From: Minisyncoccota bacterium
Lineage (GTDB): Bacteria > Patescibacteriota > Minisyncoccia > Minisyncoccales > PWPS01
NCBI GenBank assembly: GCA_021734685.1
Contig: JAIPIL010000001.1
Span: forward strand, 1-49,621
Reading direction: 5' to 3'
Length of the DNA: 49,621 nucleotides
Part shown: positions 27,504 through 36,860 of the stretch, piece after piece
How positions within the stretch are numbered: position 1 is the stretch's first letter
How the letters are laid out: every line of letters starts with the position of its first letter
Made by a program: the position numbers and the translations under genes
The notes under the pieces: model-generated
What the model was told of the DNA's origin: nothing
Seen by the model: the letters and a program-made list of their open reading frames with translations, nothing else
Databases searched by the model: none

Positions 27504-28214
27504 ATGTCCGGACACAGTCACTTTAAAAACATAAAAAGAAGAAAAGATTCAGAGGACAAAAGGAAAGCGTCTGTTTTTTCCAAAATGTCAAAAATGATAA
27601 TTGCTTCTGTTAGAGAAAACGGAAAAGATCCCGATTCAAACACTACTCTTCGCACTATTATAGAAAAAGCAAGAAAAGCAGATATGCCAAAAGAAAAAAT
27701 AGAAAGGGCTATTCTTCGTGGTTCTGGAGAAGGAGATGGGGGAAGTTTAGAATTTTTTTCAGTTGAAGTTTACGGTCCAGAAAATGTTGCGATTATTATT
27801 GAAGGGAGTAGTAGTAATAAAAACCGAACAATTGGTGAGATTAAAGAAGTATTAAAAAGATATAACGGAAAAATAGCTAATCTGGGTTCTGTTAAGTGGT
27901 TGTTTGAACAAAAAGGAGTTTTAGAGATAGACAAAGAACAAATCCCTGACGCAGAAGAGTTCTTTTTAGAGGCGCTGGACTTTGGTGCAGAAGAAATTAA
28001 AGAAGATGATTTAGTTTTAACTATCTATACTTCTCCTACTGATACCGATAAGATAAAATCATTTGTTTCCAGCAAAGAATTAGACGCTAACTACATAAAG
28101 ATCGGATGGAAACCAACTTCTACTATAAAAACAAAGAAAGAAGATTATAAAAAAATAATAGAAGAACTGGAAGAAAATGAAGACATAGAGGGTGTTTATA
28201 GTAACGCGGAGTAA
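27504..28214 (+). CDS. YebC/PmpR-family probable transcriptional regulator
   Basis: Diagnostic N-terminus MSGHSHFKNIKRRK and the whole-length pattern. Confidence 0.85.
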   Translation: MSGHSHFKNIKRRKDSEDKRKASVFSKMSKMIIASVRENGKDPDSNTTLRTIIEKARKADMPKEKIERAILRGSGEGDGGSLEFFSVEVYGPENVAIIIEGSSSNKNRTIGEIKEVLKRYNGKIANLGSVKWLFEQKGVLEIDKEQIPDAEEFFLEALDFGAEEIKEDDLVLTIYTSPTDTDKIKSFVSSKELDANYIKIGWKPTSTIKTKKEDYKKIIEELEENEDIEGVYSNAE

Positions 28215-28402
28215 AAAATTACAAATTCCAAATTACAAATTCCAAATAAATTACAAATTCAAATATCCAAAACTACAAACTGGATTCCCAGTCAAGCTGG
28301 GAATGACAAGAGGGGCAAGGATTATAAGTTGTTGTTTTGAATTTTGAATTTTGGTTATTGGTGCTTATTTAGAATTTGTAATTTGTAATTTGTAATTTAA
28401 AA
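28215..28402. repeat. Composite intergenic repeat: AAATTAC heptamer arrays in inverted orientation on both sides of a central hairpin element (28280..28308)
   Basis: Left aaattacaaattccaaattacaaattcc... and right gaatttgtaatttgtaatttgtaattt are reverse complements. The central hairpin is identical to 6180..6208. Confidence 0.75.
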
Positions 28403-28405
28403 CAT

Positions 28406-28879
28406 ATGATCGCAATAGGGATTGATCCTGGGACGGCTACTACTGGGTATGGAGTTGTTTCAGTTGAAAATAATTTTTTTAAGTGTCTTGACTATGGAAC
28501 TATTGATACTGACAAAAGTCTTTCAGATTCAGTTCGTCTTGATATTTTAAATAAAAAATTGAAAAAAATAATTAAAAAAAATTCTCCTGACATTTTTGCA
28601 ATAGAAAGTATTTATTTTTTTAAAAATGCAAAAACAGTTATTTCAGTTAGTCAAGCAAGAGGAGTTGCTCTTCTTACTGCTGAAAAGAAAAAGCTCCCCA
28701 TATATGAATTTACTCCTCTTGAAGTTAAAATGAATATTGCCAACTATGGAAGAGCTGATAAAAAACAAATCCAAGAAATGGTAAAAAGACTGCTTAATTT
28801 AAAAGAGATACCCCGCCCAGATGATGCTGCTGATGCTCTTGGAATTGCTATTTGTGGATTAATTAAAAGGGGTATATAA
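28406..28879 (+). CDS. ruvC: Holliday junction resolvase RuvC
   Basis: N-terminal IAIGIDPGTATTGYGVV and the conserved acidic residues. Confidence 0.85.
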   Translation: MIAIGIDPGTATTGYGVVSVENNFFKCLDYGTIDTDKSLSDSVRLDILNKKLKKIIKKNSPDIFAIESIYFFKNAKTVISVSQARGVALLTAEKKKLPIYEFTPLEVKMNIANYGRADKKQIQEMVKRLLNLKEIPRPDDAADALGIAICGLIKRGI

Positions 28880-28887
28880 AATAAATT

Positions 28888-30747
28888 ATGAAAAAAATAC
28901 TTATTAACATTCTTTATATTTTTATAATTCTATTCTTGATAGGAGTTCTTTTTTCTATCTCTGTTTTTATTTATTTTGCAAAAGACCTTCCTCGTCCTGA
29001 AAGATATACAGAATATCCTATTATTAGACAAACCGAAATATATGACCGAACAGGAGAAAATAAATTATATACAGTTTATGGAGAAGAAGTAAGAGAAATA
29101 ATATCAATAGAAGAAGTTCCTCAACACTTTATCAATGCTCTTTTAACTGCTGAAGATCGTAGTTTCTATAGTCATTTTGGGATTGATTTTAAAGGAATTA
29201 TTCGCTCTTTTATTCTTAATTTTCAATCAGGAAGAACAGTTGCTGGGGGGTCAACAATATCACAACAGTTTGTTCGTTCTGCTTTTTTAACCACAGAAAA
29301 GAAAGTGATGAGAAAAATAAGAGAAATTGTTTTAACGGTAGAACTTGAAAGAAGATATTCAAAAAATGAAATATTAGAATTTTATCTTAACCAAGTTCCT
29401 TTTGGTGCTAATATTTATGGAATAGAGTCAGCGGCAAATATGTATTTTAACAAGTCAGCAAAAGAACTTTCTTTAGCTGAGTCAGCAGTTCTTGTTTCTC
29501 TTCTTCCTGCTCCTAGTTATTTTTCCCCTTTTGGAGAAAATGTTGATATTCTTTTATCAAGAAAAGATCGTCTTCTTGATTCTATGAGTGAGGAAGGGTT
29601 TATTACAAAAAAGAAAACAGAAGAAGCAAAAGAAGAAGATATTGTTTTTTATAGATCTCCTGAGTATATAAAAGCTCCCCATTTTGTTCTTGATGTTAAA
29701 AAATCATTAGAAGAAAAGTATGGAGAAGATTTTATAAAAGAAAAGGGATTGAAAATATACACCACGATAGATTATGATATTCAGAAAAAAATAGAAGAAG
29801 TAGTCAAAGAAAAAGTTGAAGAGAATTATAATTACAATGCTTATAACGCTGCTGTTGTTGTTATAGATCCTAATAATGGAGAAGTTCTCGCAATGGTTGG
29901 TTCTGCTGATTATTTTGGAGATCCTTTACCAGAAGGATGTACTCCTGGGTTAGATTGTAAATTTGACCCGTTTACAAATATTGTTAACAGTGAGAGACAA
30001 CCCGGATCATCTTTTAAACCATTTGTTTATGCTATTGCTTTTGAAAATGGTTATAATGGAGAAACTATTATAATAGACGAAAAAACAAACTTTGGAACCT
30101 CACTAAATCCATATATTCCTCAAAATTATGATGGATTATTTAGGGGAGAAGTTACACTAAGAGACTCTTTGGCTCAATCTTTAAATATTCCTGCTGTGAA
30201 AGTTTTAAAAGACTTTGCAGGGCTAAAAAATACTGTAGAGAGGGTTCGTGATTTTGGAATTAACCTCTCTGAATCTTATGAGTTTTATGGCCTTCCTTTA
30301 GTTTTAGGAGGAGGGGATGTTAAATTAATAGAAATAACCTCTGCTTATGGAATATTTGCAAATGATGGTTATAAAAATAATATTTCTTCTGTTTTAAAAA
30401 TAACTGATAAAGAAGGAAATATTATAGAAGATAACAATAACACCTCTCAAAAAAGAGTTTTAAAATCATCTGTAACTGAAGAAATAACTGATATTTTATC
30501 AGATAATGATGCACGAGCCCCTGTTTTTGGACAAAATTCACCTCTTTATATTGAAGGAGAAGACATTGCTGTAAAAACAGGAAGTACTCAGAATTTTAGA
30601 GACGCTTGGTGTATAGGATATAATGAAGATTTTGTTGTTGGAGTGTGGGTTGGTAATAATGATAACTCTTATATGGTAAATGCTCCTGGAGTTGCTGTTG
30701 CTACTCCGATTTGGAGAGAAGTTTTTGAAATCTTATTAGAGGAGTAG
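28888..30747 (+). CDS. Bifunctional class A penicillin-binding protein (glycosyltransferase + transpeptidase)
   Basis: GT51 motifs (TAEDRSFYSHFGID; RKIRE) and the transpeptidase SxxK/SxN/KTG series (SSFKP, KTGST). Confidence 0.8.
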   Translation: MKKILINILYIFIILFLIGVLFSISVFIYFAKDLPRPERYTEYPIIRQTEIYDRTGENKLYTVYGEEVREIISIEEVPQHFINALLTAEDRSFYSHFGIDFKGIIRSFILNFQSGRTVAGGSTISQQFVRSAFLTTEKKVMRKIREIVLTVELERRYSKNEILEFYLNQVPFGANIYGIESAANMYFNKSAKELSLAESAVLVSLLPAPSYFSPFGENVDILLSRKDRLLDSMSEEGFITKKKTEEAKEEDIVFYRSPEYIKAPHFVLDVKKSLEEKYGEDFIKEKGLKIYTTIDYDIQKKIEEVVKEKVEENYNYNAYNAAVVVIDPNNGEVLAMVGSADYFGDPLPEGCTPGLDCKFDPFTNIVNSERQPGSSFKPFVYAIAFENGYNGETIIIDEKTNFGTSLNPYIPQNYDGLFRGEVTLRDSLAQSLNIPAVKVLKDFAGLKNTVERVRDFGINLSESYEFYGLPLVLGGGDVKLIEITSAYGIFANDGYKNNISSVLKITDKEGNIIEDNNNTSQKRVLKSSVTEEITDILSDNDARAPVFGQNSPLYIEGEDIAVKTGSTQNFRDAWCIGYNEDFVVGVWVGNNDNSYMVNAPGVAVATPIWREVFEILLEE

Positions 30748-30759
30748 TTTTTTAACTCC

Positions 30760-31878
30760 TTAGTTTTTTATAGGCATTATAATATAAAGAAAGTCTTCTT
30801 TATTTACTGGCCTTAAAATTCCTGGACTACTTTCGTTATTTATTTCAAAAACAACCTCTGAGTCTTTTATATTAGAAAGACCATCTAAAATAAATCTATA
30901 ATTAAAAGAGACACTAACACTCTCTCCCTCTGCTTTTCCTGATATTTTTGTTTCGTAATTACCTAACTCATTGTTGTTACTTTTAATAACAACTTCTTGT
31001 TTTTCAGAATCCACATCTAATATAACTTCATTTATTTTGCTTGTAAAAATACTTGATGCTTTTATTTTATTTAGGAATTCATCCTTATTTAATATTATTT
31101 TCGTTTTTAACTCTTTCGGAATAATACTTTGATAGTCTGGATAATTTCCTTCTATTATTTTTGATGTGAGCTCAATATGAGAGTGATTAAAATCATCCAT
31201 TTTTAATTTAAATAATATCTGATTATCTCCAAAAATAATTTCTATCTCTTTGTTTACTTCTTTAAAAATATTAACAACTTCTCTTGCTGTTCTCTGAGGA
31301 ATAATAACAGAAAAATCATCTATTTTTTCTTGTATTTTTATTTTCTTTTCAGCTAATCGGTAACTGTCAGTTGCTACTAAATATATTTTTTTATTTTTTA
31401 AAGAAAAAAGAACTCCTGATATTTCTGGTTTAACTTTAGACATTGAAGGAATGTCTATAATTTGCAATAATGCTTCGCATAAATCTTTACTATTTAAAAC
31501 TATTTTTTGTTTCTCTTCTGTTTTAGGAATAATTGGAAATTCTTCTACATCAACACCATTTATTTGTGTTTTATAATCATCACAGTCTAAAAGAATATTA
31601 TTATCTTTTGTTTTTAAGGTTATTTTCTTATTTGGAAGAAGATTAATAAAAGAAGAGAATGAATTATAAGGAATAACGACTTCTCCATGATCTTCTATTT
31701 TTCCTAATGTCCAATATTTTATTGCTATATCTAAATCAGTTGCTGAAAAGCTAATAAAATCATCTTCTGTTTTTATTAATATGTTTTTTAAAACAGGAAG
31801 TGATATTGATTTAGATGATGCTCTTCCGATAATACTTAATCCTTCTTTTAATTTATTTTGTAGTAAATTTATAATCAT
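30760..31878 (-). CDS. dnaN: DNA polymerase III beta sliding clamp
   Basis: Three-domain clamp pattern. Sits immediately downstream of dnaA on the same strand. Confidence 0.85.
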   Translation of the reverse strand: MIINLLQNKLKEGLSIIGRASSKSISLPVLKNILIKTEDDFISFSATDLDIAIKYWTLGKIEDHGEVVIPYNSFSSFINLLPNKKITLKTKDNNILLDCDDYKTQINGVDVEEFPIIPKTEEKQKIVLNSKDLCEALLQIIDIPSMSKVKPEISGVLFSLKNKKIYLVATDSYRLAEKKIKIQEKIDDFSVIIPQRTAREVVNIFKEVNKEIEIIFGDNQILFKLKMDDFNHSHIELTSKIIEGNYPDYQSIIPKELKTKIILNKDEFLNKIKASSIFTSKINEVILDVDSEKQEVVIKSNNNELGNYETKISGKAEGESVSVSFNYRFILDGLSNIKDSEVVFEINNESSPGILRPVNKEDFLYIIMPIKN

Positions 31879-32069
31879 AATATTAAATTAATTTATTAAC
31901 TAGTAGTTATTAGTACACTTGATAACTTGTAAATCCTTTTGTTTAAAGGGTTTTTTTATAAGGAAAAAAGATTAAAAAAGTGTTGAAAAGTGTTAAGTAA
32001 AAAAATCACCTGAATTTTAAATGTTTTTTTAACCTCTTTTCCACAACATCTTAACACCTCTACACTTCT

Positions 32070-33443
32070 TTACATTGAAAATAAACTTTCCCTTATGTGT
32101 GATATTTCTTCTTTTATCTCATTATTACTTTTTATCTCTCTCTCTATTTTAGAAAAAGAGTAAATTACTGTTGTATGATCTTTTCCGCCAATTTTTTTGC
32201 CAATATAAGGATAAGAGTAATTTAACTCTTTTCTTAAAAAGTATATTATAATCTGCCTTGACTTTGCAATTTCTTTTTTTCGGGAAGGGCCCATTATGTC
32301 TTTTTCATTAGTGTCATAAAAACTAGTAACTGCTTTTATAATTTTATCAAAAGAAAAATTAGACAAATTAGATTGGTTTATATTATTTAAAACAAGTTTT
32401 GCTGCTTCTATATTAATAGGTTTTTTTAATACCTGTTGATTAATTATTAATTTATTTAAAACTCCTTCAAGTTCTCTTATACTTCTTTGTATATTATCAG
32501 CAATAAAATAACAAACTTCGTCAGGAACATAGAAATCTTTCTCTTCAGCTTTTGTTTTTAAAATAGCTGCTCTTGTATCAGTATCAGGATTTCCAATGTC
32601 AACAATCATTCCTCCTTCAAATCTTGACCTTAGTCTGTCTGCTAAAGAACTAATAGATCGGGGTGGTCTATCAGAAGAAAGAATAATCTGTTTATTTTTT
32701 TCATATAAATTATTAAAAGTGTGAAAGAATTCTTCTTGTGTTTTTTCTTTATTAGAAAGAAATTGAATATCATCAATAATTAAAACATCAATATCTTTAT
32801 ATCTGTATTTAAAATCATCCATCTTGTTGTTTCTAATAGAAGATATTATTTCAGATATAAATTTTTGTGCTTGAACATAAAGAACTTTTTTTCCTTGAAA
32901 ATCATTTTTTATTTTATTTCCAATTGCTTGGATAAGGTGAGTTTTTCCTAGTCCAGTTTTACTGTAAATAAAAAAAGGATTATATAAAGATCCAGGATTT
33001 TCTGAAACAGCAGATCCTGCAGCATGAGCAAGTTCATTAAAAGGACCAACAACAAAATTATCAAAATTATATTTAGGATTTAACCCAGTTTCACTGTCAA
33101 TTGTCATTTCTGGAAATTCCATCTGGTTTTCAGAGTTTTCAACTTGTTTTTCATTAGAAGAGTTTTTATTATTAGAAACAGGAGGTAAAGAGTTGGGACT
33201 TATTATATATTCTATTTTTTTAATATTTTTATTTATCCTTTTTACTGTTTCTAGTATTTTTTTATGATATCTACTTTGAATCCAGTCTCTGACAAAGGTG
33301 CTTGGAACAGAAACGACAACTATGTCTTTTTTTATTTCAAAAATACTTGTGTTTTTAAACCAAGTGTTAAAACTTGCATCAGAAACATCAAGCTGAATTT
33401 CAGCAAGAACAGATTTCCAAAGATTTTCTTTTTCTATAAACAT
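32070..33443 (-). CDS. dnaA: Chromosomal replication initiator DnaA
   Basis: AAA+ Walker A GLGKTHL, Walker B, and a C-terminal DnaA-box binding domain. Confidence 0.9.
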   Translation of the reverse strand: MFIEKENLWKSVLAEIQLDVSDASFNTWFKNTSIFEIKKDIVVVSVPSTFVRDWIQSRYHKKILETVKRINKNIKKIEYIISPNSLPPVSNNKNSSNEKQVENSENQMEFPEMTIDSETGLNPKYNFDNFVVGPFNELAHAAGSAVSENPGSLYNPFFIYSKTGLGKTHLIQAIGNKIKNDFQGKKVLYVQAQKFISEIISSIRNNKMDDFKYRYKDIDVLIIDDIQFLSNKEKTQEEFFHTFNNLYEKNKQIILSSDRPPRSISSLADRLRSRFEGGMIVDIGNPDTDTRAAILKTKAEEKDFYVPDEVCYFIADNIQRSIRELEGVLNKLIINQQVLKKPINIEAAKLVLNNINQSNLSNFSFDKIIKAVTSFYDTNEKDIMGPSRKKEIAKSRQIIIYFLRKELNYSYPYIGKKIGGKDHTTVIYSFSKIEREIKSNNEIKEEISHIRESLFSM

Positions 33444-33597
33444 AAGGATATAAACTTAAAATTACTATATCATATTATAATTAATTGTGGAAAACTACTA
33501 AAATGGGAAAAAGTTGTGGATAACTTGTTAAAAATAACTAAAGATTGACTTATTTTACTATATAGAGTAATATATTGTTAAGTTAAAAGATAAATTT
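33444..33597. promoter_or_regulatory. Probable oriC (dnaA-rpmH intergenic region) with DnaA boxes and an AT-rich unwinding element
   Basis: Perfect DnaA box TGTGGATAA (= TTATCCACA) at about 33515..33523, a one-mismatch box TGTGGAAAA at 33486..33494, and an AT-rich stretch at 33451..33485. Another TTTTCCACA box lies at about 32036..32046 on the other side of dnaA. Confidence 0.6.
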
Positions 33598-33729
33598 ATG
33601 TTTTCCAGAGTACTTAAAAAAAGAAAAAGAAAAAAGACTCACGGATTTTTAGTTAGAAAAAGAACTAAAGGTGGGTGCAGTGTTCTAAAAAGAAGAATAA
33701 AGAAAGGAAGAAAAAAAATATCAGCATAG
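33598..33729 (+). CDS. rpmH: 50S ribosomal protein L34
   Basis: A 43-aa ORF that is not in the supplied track: MFSRVLKKRKRKKTHGFLVRKRTKGGCSVLKRRIKKGRKKISA. It matches the L34 pattern KRKR..THGF...G..VL.RRR.KGRK. Confidence 0.85.
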   Translation: MFSRVLKKRKRKKTHGFLVRKRTKGGCSVLKRRIKKGRKKISA

Positions 33730-33756
33730 ATTCTAATCTCTAAGATATTGTTTTTT

Positions 33757-34094
33757 ATGTTTCCTCAAAAAAATAGGTTACGAAAAAGAAAAGAGTTTGA
33801 GGATGTATTCAAAAAAGGAAAAACCTTTTTTGCTTCTTTTTTTTTGTAAAAATAAAAGAGAATAGTTTTAACTTCTCTAGATTTGCCTTTGTTGTTCCTA
33901 AAAAAGTAGAGAAAAAAGCAGTTGAAAGAAATAGAACAAAAAGAATGATGAGAGAAATTTTTAAAGAGTTTTCGGTTTGTTTTAATAGAAGTGTAGATTT
34001 GATTTTTATTACTCAAAAAAAAATAAATAAAGAAGATAGAGAAAAAGCAAAAAAGGAAGTAGAAAGAATTTTAAAAAAAGCAAAATTAATATGA
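33757..34094 (+). pseudogene. rnpA: RNase P protein component RnpA, interrupted by a frameshift at a T9 homopolymer (33837..33845)
   Basis: Frame 0 gives MFPQKNRLRKRKEFEDVFKKGKTFFASFFL then a stop at 33847. The -1 frame continues ...VKIKENSFNFSRFAFVVPKKVEKKAVERNRTKRMMREI...KLI to 34094. One extra T restores a full-length ~112-aa RnpA. Confidence 0.7.
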
Positions 34095-34786
34095 TAAGTT
34101 TCTTTTATACAACAATCTACCAACCGTTATTTAATTTAATGGTTTTTATTTATAATATCGTTCCTTATGCTGATTTAGGAGTAGTAGTTATTTTATTAAC
34201 AGTATTAATAAAAATACTTCTTTTTCCTTTAGGAGTTAAAGCAACAAAATCTCAAAAAGAGATGAATGAGATTCAACCAGAAATAAAGAAAATACAAAAA
34301 AAATACAAAGACGATAAAGAAGAGCAAGCAAAAAAAATTCTTGAGATATACAAAGAAAAAAAGATAAACCCTTTTTCAGGGATATTTGTTCTTCTTATTC
34401 AACTTCCAATTTTAATCTCTCTCTTCCAGATATTTAGAAAAGGAGTTGGCGAAGAAGAAATGAGTCAACTTTATAGTTTTGTCAGTAATCCTGGAGTAAT
34501 AGACACCACCTTTTTAAATATTATTGATATCTCTTCTCCTAATACTTTTCTAGCAATACTAGCAGCGGGAGGACAGTATTATCAGATGAAGATAAGCACC
34601 CAGACAGTGGAAGATAAGGGGAAAAAATCAGATACTGCCAAGATGATACAAAAACAGATGCTTTACTTCTTACCAGTATTCACTTTTATCATCCTCTTAA
34701 CAATTCCTTCTGCGGTTGGTCTCTACTGGATTGTAACAGTGCTTTTCTCTGTATTACAGTTCTATCTTGTAAAAAACAAAAAGTAA
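34091..34786 (+). CDS. yidC: Membrane protein insertase YidC (short form)
   Basis: Short YidC topology with the conserved INPFSG...LIQLPIL and ..G..WI motifs. Completes the rpmH-rnpA-yidC operon. Confidence 0.8.
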   Translation: MISFFYTTIYQPLFNLMVFIYNIVPYADLGVVVILLTVLIKILLFPLGVKATKSQKEMNEIQPEIKKIQKKYKDDKEEQAKKILEIYKEKKINPFSGIFVLLIQLPILISLFQIFRKGVGEEEMSQLYSFVSNPGVIDTTFLNIIDISSPNTFLAILAAGGQYYQMKISTQTVEDKGKKSDTAKMIQKQMLYFLPVFTFIILLTIPSAVGLYWIVTVLFSVLQFYLVKNKK

Positions 34787-34795
34787 CACTTGTTA

Positions 34796-34838
34796 TAAAA
34801 AAAGCATCGCGGACTCCGCCCCCGCGATGCTTTTTTTG
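34796..34838. terminator. Bidirectional intrinsic terminator (A6-gcatcgcgg-loop-ccgcgatgc-T7) between convergent yidC and the virB4-like gene
   Basis: 9-bp GC-rich stem with an A-run and a T-run. Confidence 0.7.
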
Positions 34839-34856
34839 TTTAATTTAGTGGTTTTA

Positions 34857-36641
34857 TTAGAAGCCTGTTTTTGCTTGTTTTATTTTTTGAAGTTCTTCTG
34901 GGGAAGAAGTTATTATCTGATCTTCTGCGTAAGAAGCAGTTATTCTTATTACCACATGTTTTTGTCCGGCAAAAAATATTCCTTCCCCAACTTCTCCCTC
35001 TAAAAGAGTTGATTTTTCTTCTCCAGTTAAATTGAAAGTTTCTTGAACAGTGTCTATAACTGCGGGAGATTGTTTAAGAAGTATTTTTAAAGCAGAGTTG
35101 TTAACAATTGGTTTTCCGTAACTTGAAGACATAAAATCAGAAACATCTTGAGTTATTGTAGATACTCCTAGCCAGTATTTTCTTGCTCTTTTAACTAATC
35201 CAAAAAGGAAAGAGGCTCCATCTTCGTGCTTCATCATTACCCACGCCTCATCAACAATAAACAATCTTTTCTTCATAGAAGAGGTTATTGTTTTCCAGAT
35301 GTAACGAGAAACAATAAACATTGCAATCGGTCGCATCTCATCTTCAAGGTCTCTTATTCCAAAAACAGTTATATTGTTATCCATTGTAACATTTGTGTAC
35401 TGGTTAAAAAATTCAGAATATGTTCCTTGGGTAAATTTTCCTAAACGAAGAACAAGATTTCTTGTTCCTTCCATTGAGTCTAAAACTTGCTCTAAATCAG
35501 AGAAGATAGGAATGTTTTTTTCCCAAGTAGAAGGGTCACTTTCAGGAGTTATATCTTTGGCAGCGTATGTTTCAGTGATTGCTTGGTCTATAATAGAATC
35601 TTCTTCAGGAGTAAGTCCTCCTAACATAATGCGGAGAAGACCAACAAGCCCGATAGTGTTTCTTCTTATAACTTCTGCAGGAGTTTCTCCTTCTACGGGG
35701 ACAGGAATATCAAAAGGATTAATATGATTATCAGAGCCGAGAGAAATATTAAAGAAAGATCCCCCAGCTGCTTCAGCAAGTGTTTTGTATTCGTTGTCAG
35801 GATCAATAATAATGACATCTATTCCACTCATCAAAGAACGAAGAGCTTCTAGCTTGACTAGATAAGATTTTCCACCTCCAGAAACGCCGAAGATGACAGA
35901 GTTTGCATTTTCCAGTGAGAATCTATCAAAAATAACAAGAGAGCGATTGCTTGCATTTATTCCGTATAAGATTCCATCATTAGAAGTGAGATCAAAAGAA
36001 ACAAAAGGAAAAATACTAGAAAGAGGTTCGGTATTCATTGGGGTTTTTGTGTTTACAAGGTCTATCCCAAACGGACAACTACTTATAAATCCTCCTGATT
36101 GTTGAAAAAGGGTTGGTCGGATGTAAACAGAACTTGATTCAAGAATTGATCGTAGGGTGTTCTCAATGTCTTCAGTTTCTTTTTCTGAATCACCAAAAAC
36201 AGTTATATAAAGACCTAACTGAAACATCTTCTCTTCAGCCATCTGTAAGCGATCTCTAAGTTCTTCCATGTCACCGTGAGCAGTTTCCAAAATAGGATCT
36301 CTTATATTTCCTTTTTCTCTTTTCTCCATTATTTCTGCTTGAGTAGCAGTTATCTGTTTTCTTAATTTTTTCAAAACATCACCAGTGTTTGCTGGGGTTA
36401 TGAAAAAAGATATATCTAACTGAGTATTAAGGTTTATAATAGAAGAAAGCCAACCAGCGTTTAAATAACGAGGATAAGAAAAAACAAAAAAAGAACGAGA
36501 GTATCTTTCTCCAAGCTTCAGATGTCCTTGTTTTTCATCAATAGAAGAAGGAGCGATAATATCAACAATTCTTAAAACACCATCGTCCTCCTCTTTCTTC
36601 TTTTTCCCAATTAAATTTTTAAAATCATCTATAAAAGACAT
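34857..36641 (-). CDS. VirB4/TrsE-family type IV secretion ATPase (ATPase domain)
   Basis: Walker A IFGVSGGGKS, Walker B RLFIVDEAW, C-terminal motifs, and the overall AAA_10/DUF87-like pattern of conjugal-transfer VirB4 proteins. Confidence 0.75.
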   Translation of the reverse strand: MSFIDDFKNLIGKKKKEEDDGVLRIVDIIAPSSIDEKQGHLKLGERYSRSFFVFSYPRYLNAGWLSSIINLNTQLDISFFITPANTGDVLKKLRKQITATQAEIMEKREKGNIRDPILETAHGDMEELRDRLQMAEEKMFQLGLYITVFGDSEKETEDIENTLRSILESSSVYIRPTLFQQSGGFISSCPFGIDLVNTKTPMNTEPLSSIFPFVSFDLTSNDGILYGINASNRSLVIFDRFSLENANSVIFGVSGGGKSYLVKLEALRSLMSGIDVIIIDPDNEYKTLAEAAGGSFFNISLGSDNHINPFDIPVPVEGETPAEVIRRNTIGLVGLLRIMLGGLTPEEDSIIDQAITETYAAKDITPESDPSTWEKNIPIFSDLEQVLDSMEGTRNLVLRLGKFTQGTYSEFFNQYTNVTMDNNITVFGIRDLEDEMRPIAMFIVSRYIWKTITSSMKKRLFIVDEAWVMMKHEDGASFLFGLVKRARKYWLGVSTITQDVSDFMSSSYGKPIVNNSALKILLKQSPAVIDTVQETFNLTGEEKSTLLEGEVGEGIFFAGQKHVVIRITASYAEDQIITSSPEELQKIKQAKTGF

Positions 36642-36852
36642 ATAATATAATTTTCAATTTTCAATTTGGCAATTTTCAATGAATGACTAAATGAAAAAAG
36701 CACCAAATCACAAGCATCAAATTCCAAATAAATTCAAAATCCTAAATTCAAAATTCAAAACAATCATTGTCATTCCCGCGAATGCGGGAATCCAGTTTTG
36801 GAAATTAAAAAATTGAAAATTCATTGAAAATTGAAAATTGCCAAATTGAAAA
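36642..36852. mobile_element. MITE-like element (same 40-bp inverted arms as 23757..23915), enclosing one copy of the CTGGATTCCCGC hairpin; directly abuts the virB4-like start codon
   Basis: Left arm 36649..36691, right arm 36813..36852, internal hairpin 36768..36795. The 51 bp at 36642..36692 are nearly identical to 37488..37538. Confidence 0.5.
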
Positions 36853-36860
36853 TTCTTTTG

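Noticed and set aside
28215-28402. Possible CRISPR array, because of regularly spaced short repeats
   Set aside because: The units are 7-bp tandem repeats with no unique spacers of 25-40 bp, and there are no cas genes. This is a microsatellite-like or iteron-like array, not CRISPR.
33765-34016. 83-aa - strand ORF
   Set aside because: It lies antisense to the frameshifted rnpA. The + strand translation has clear RnpA homology.
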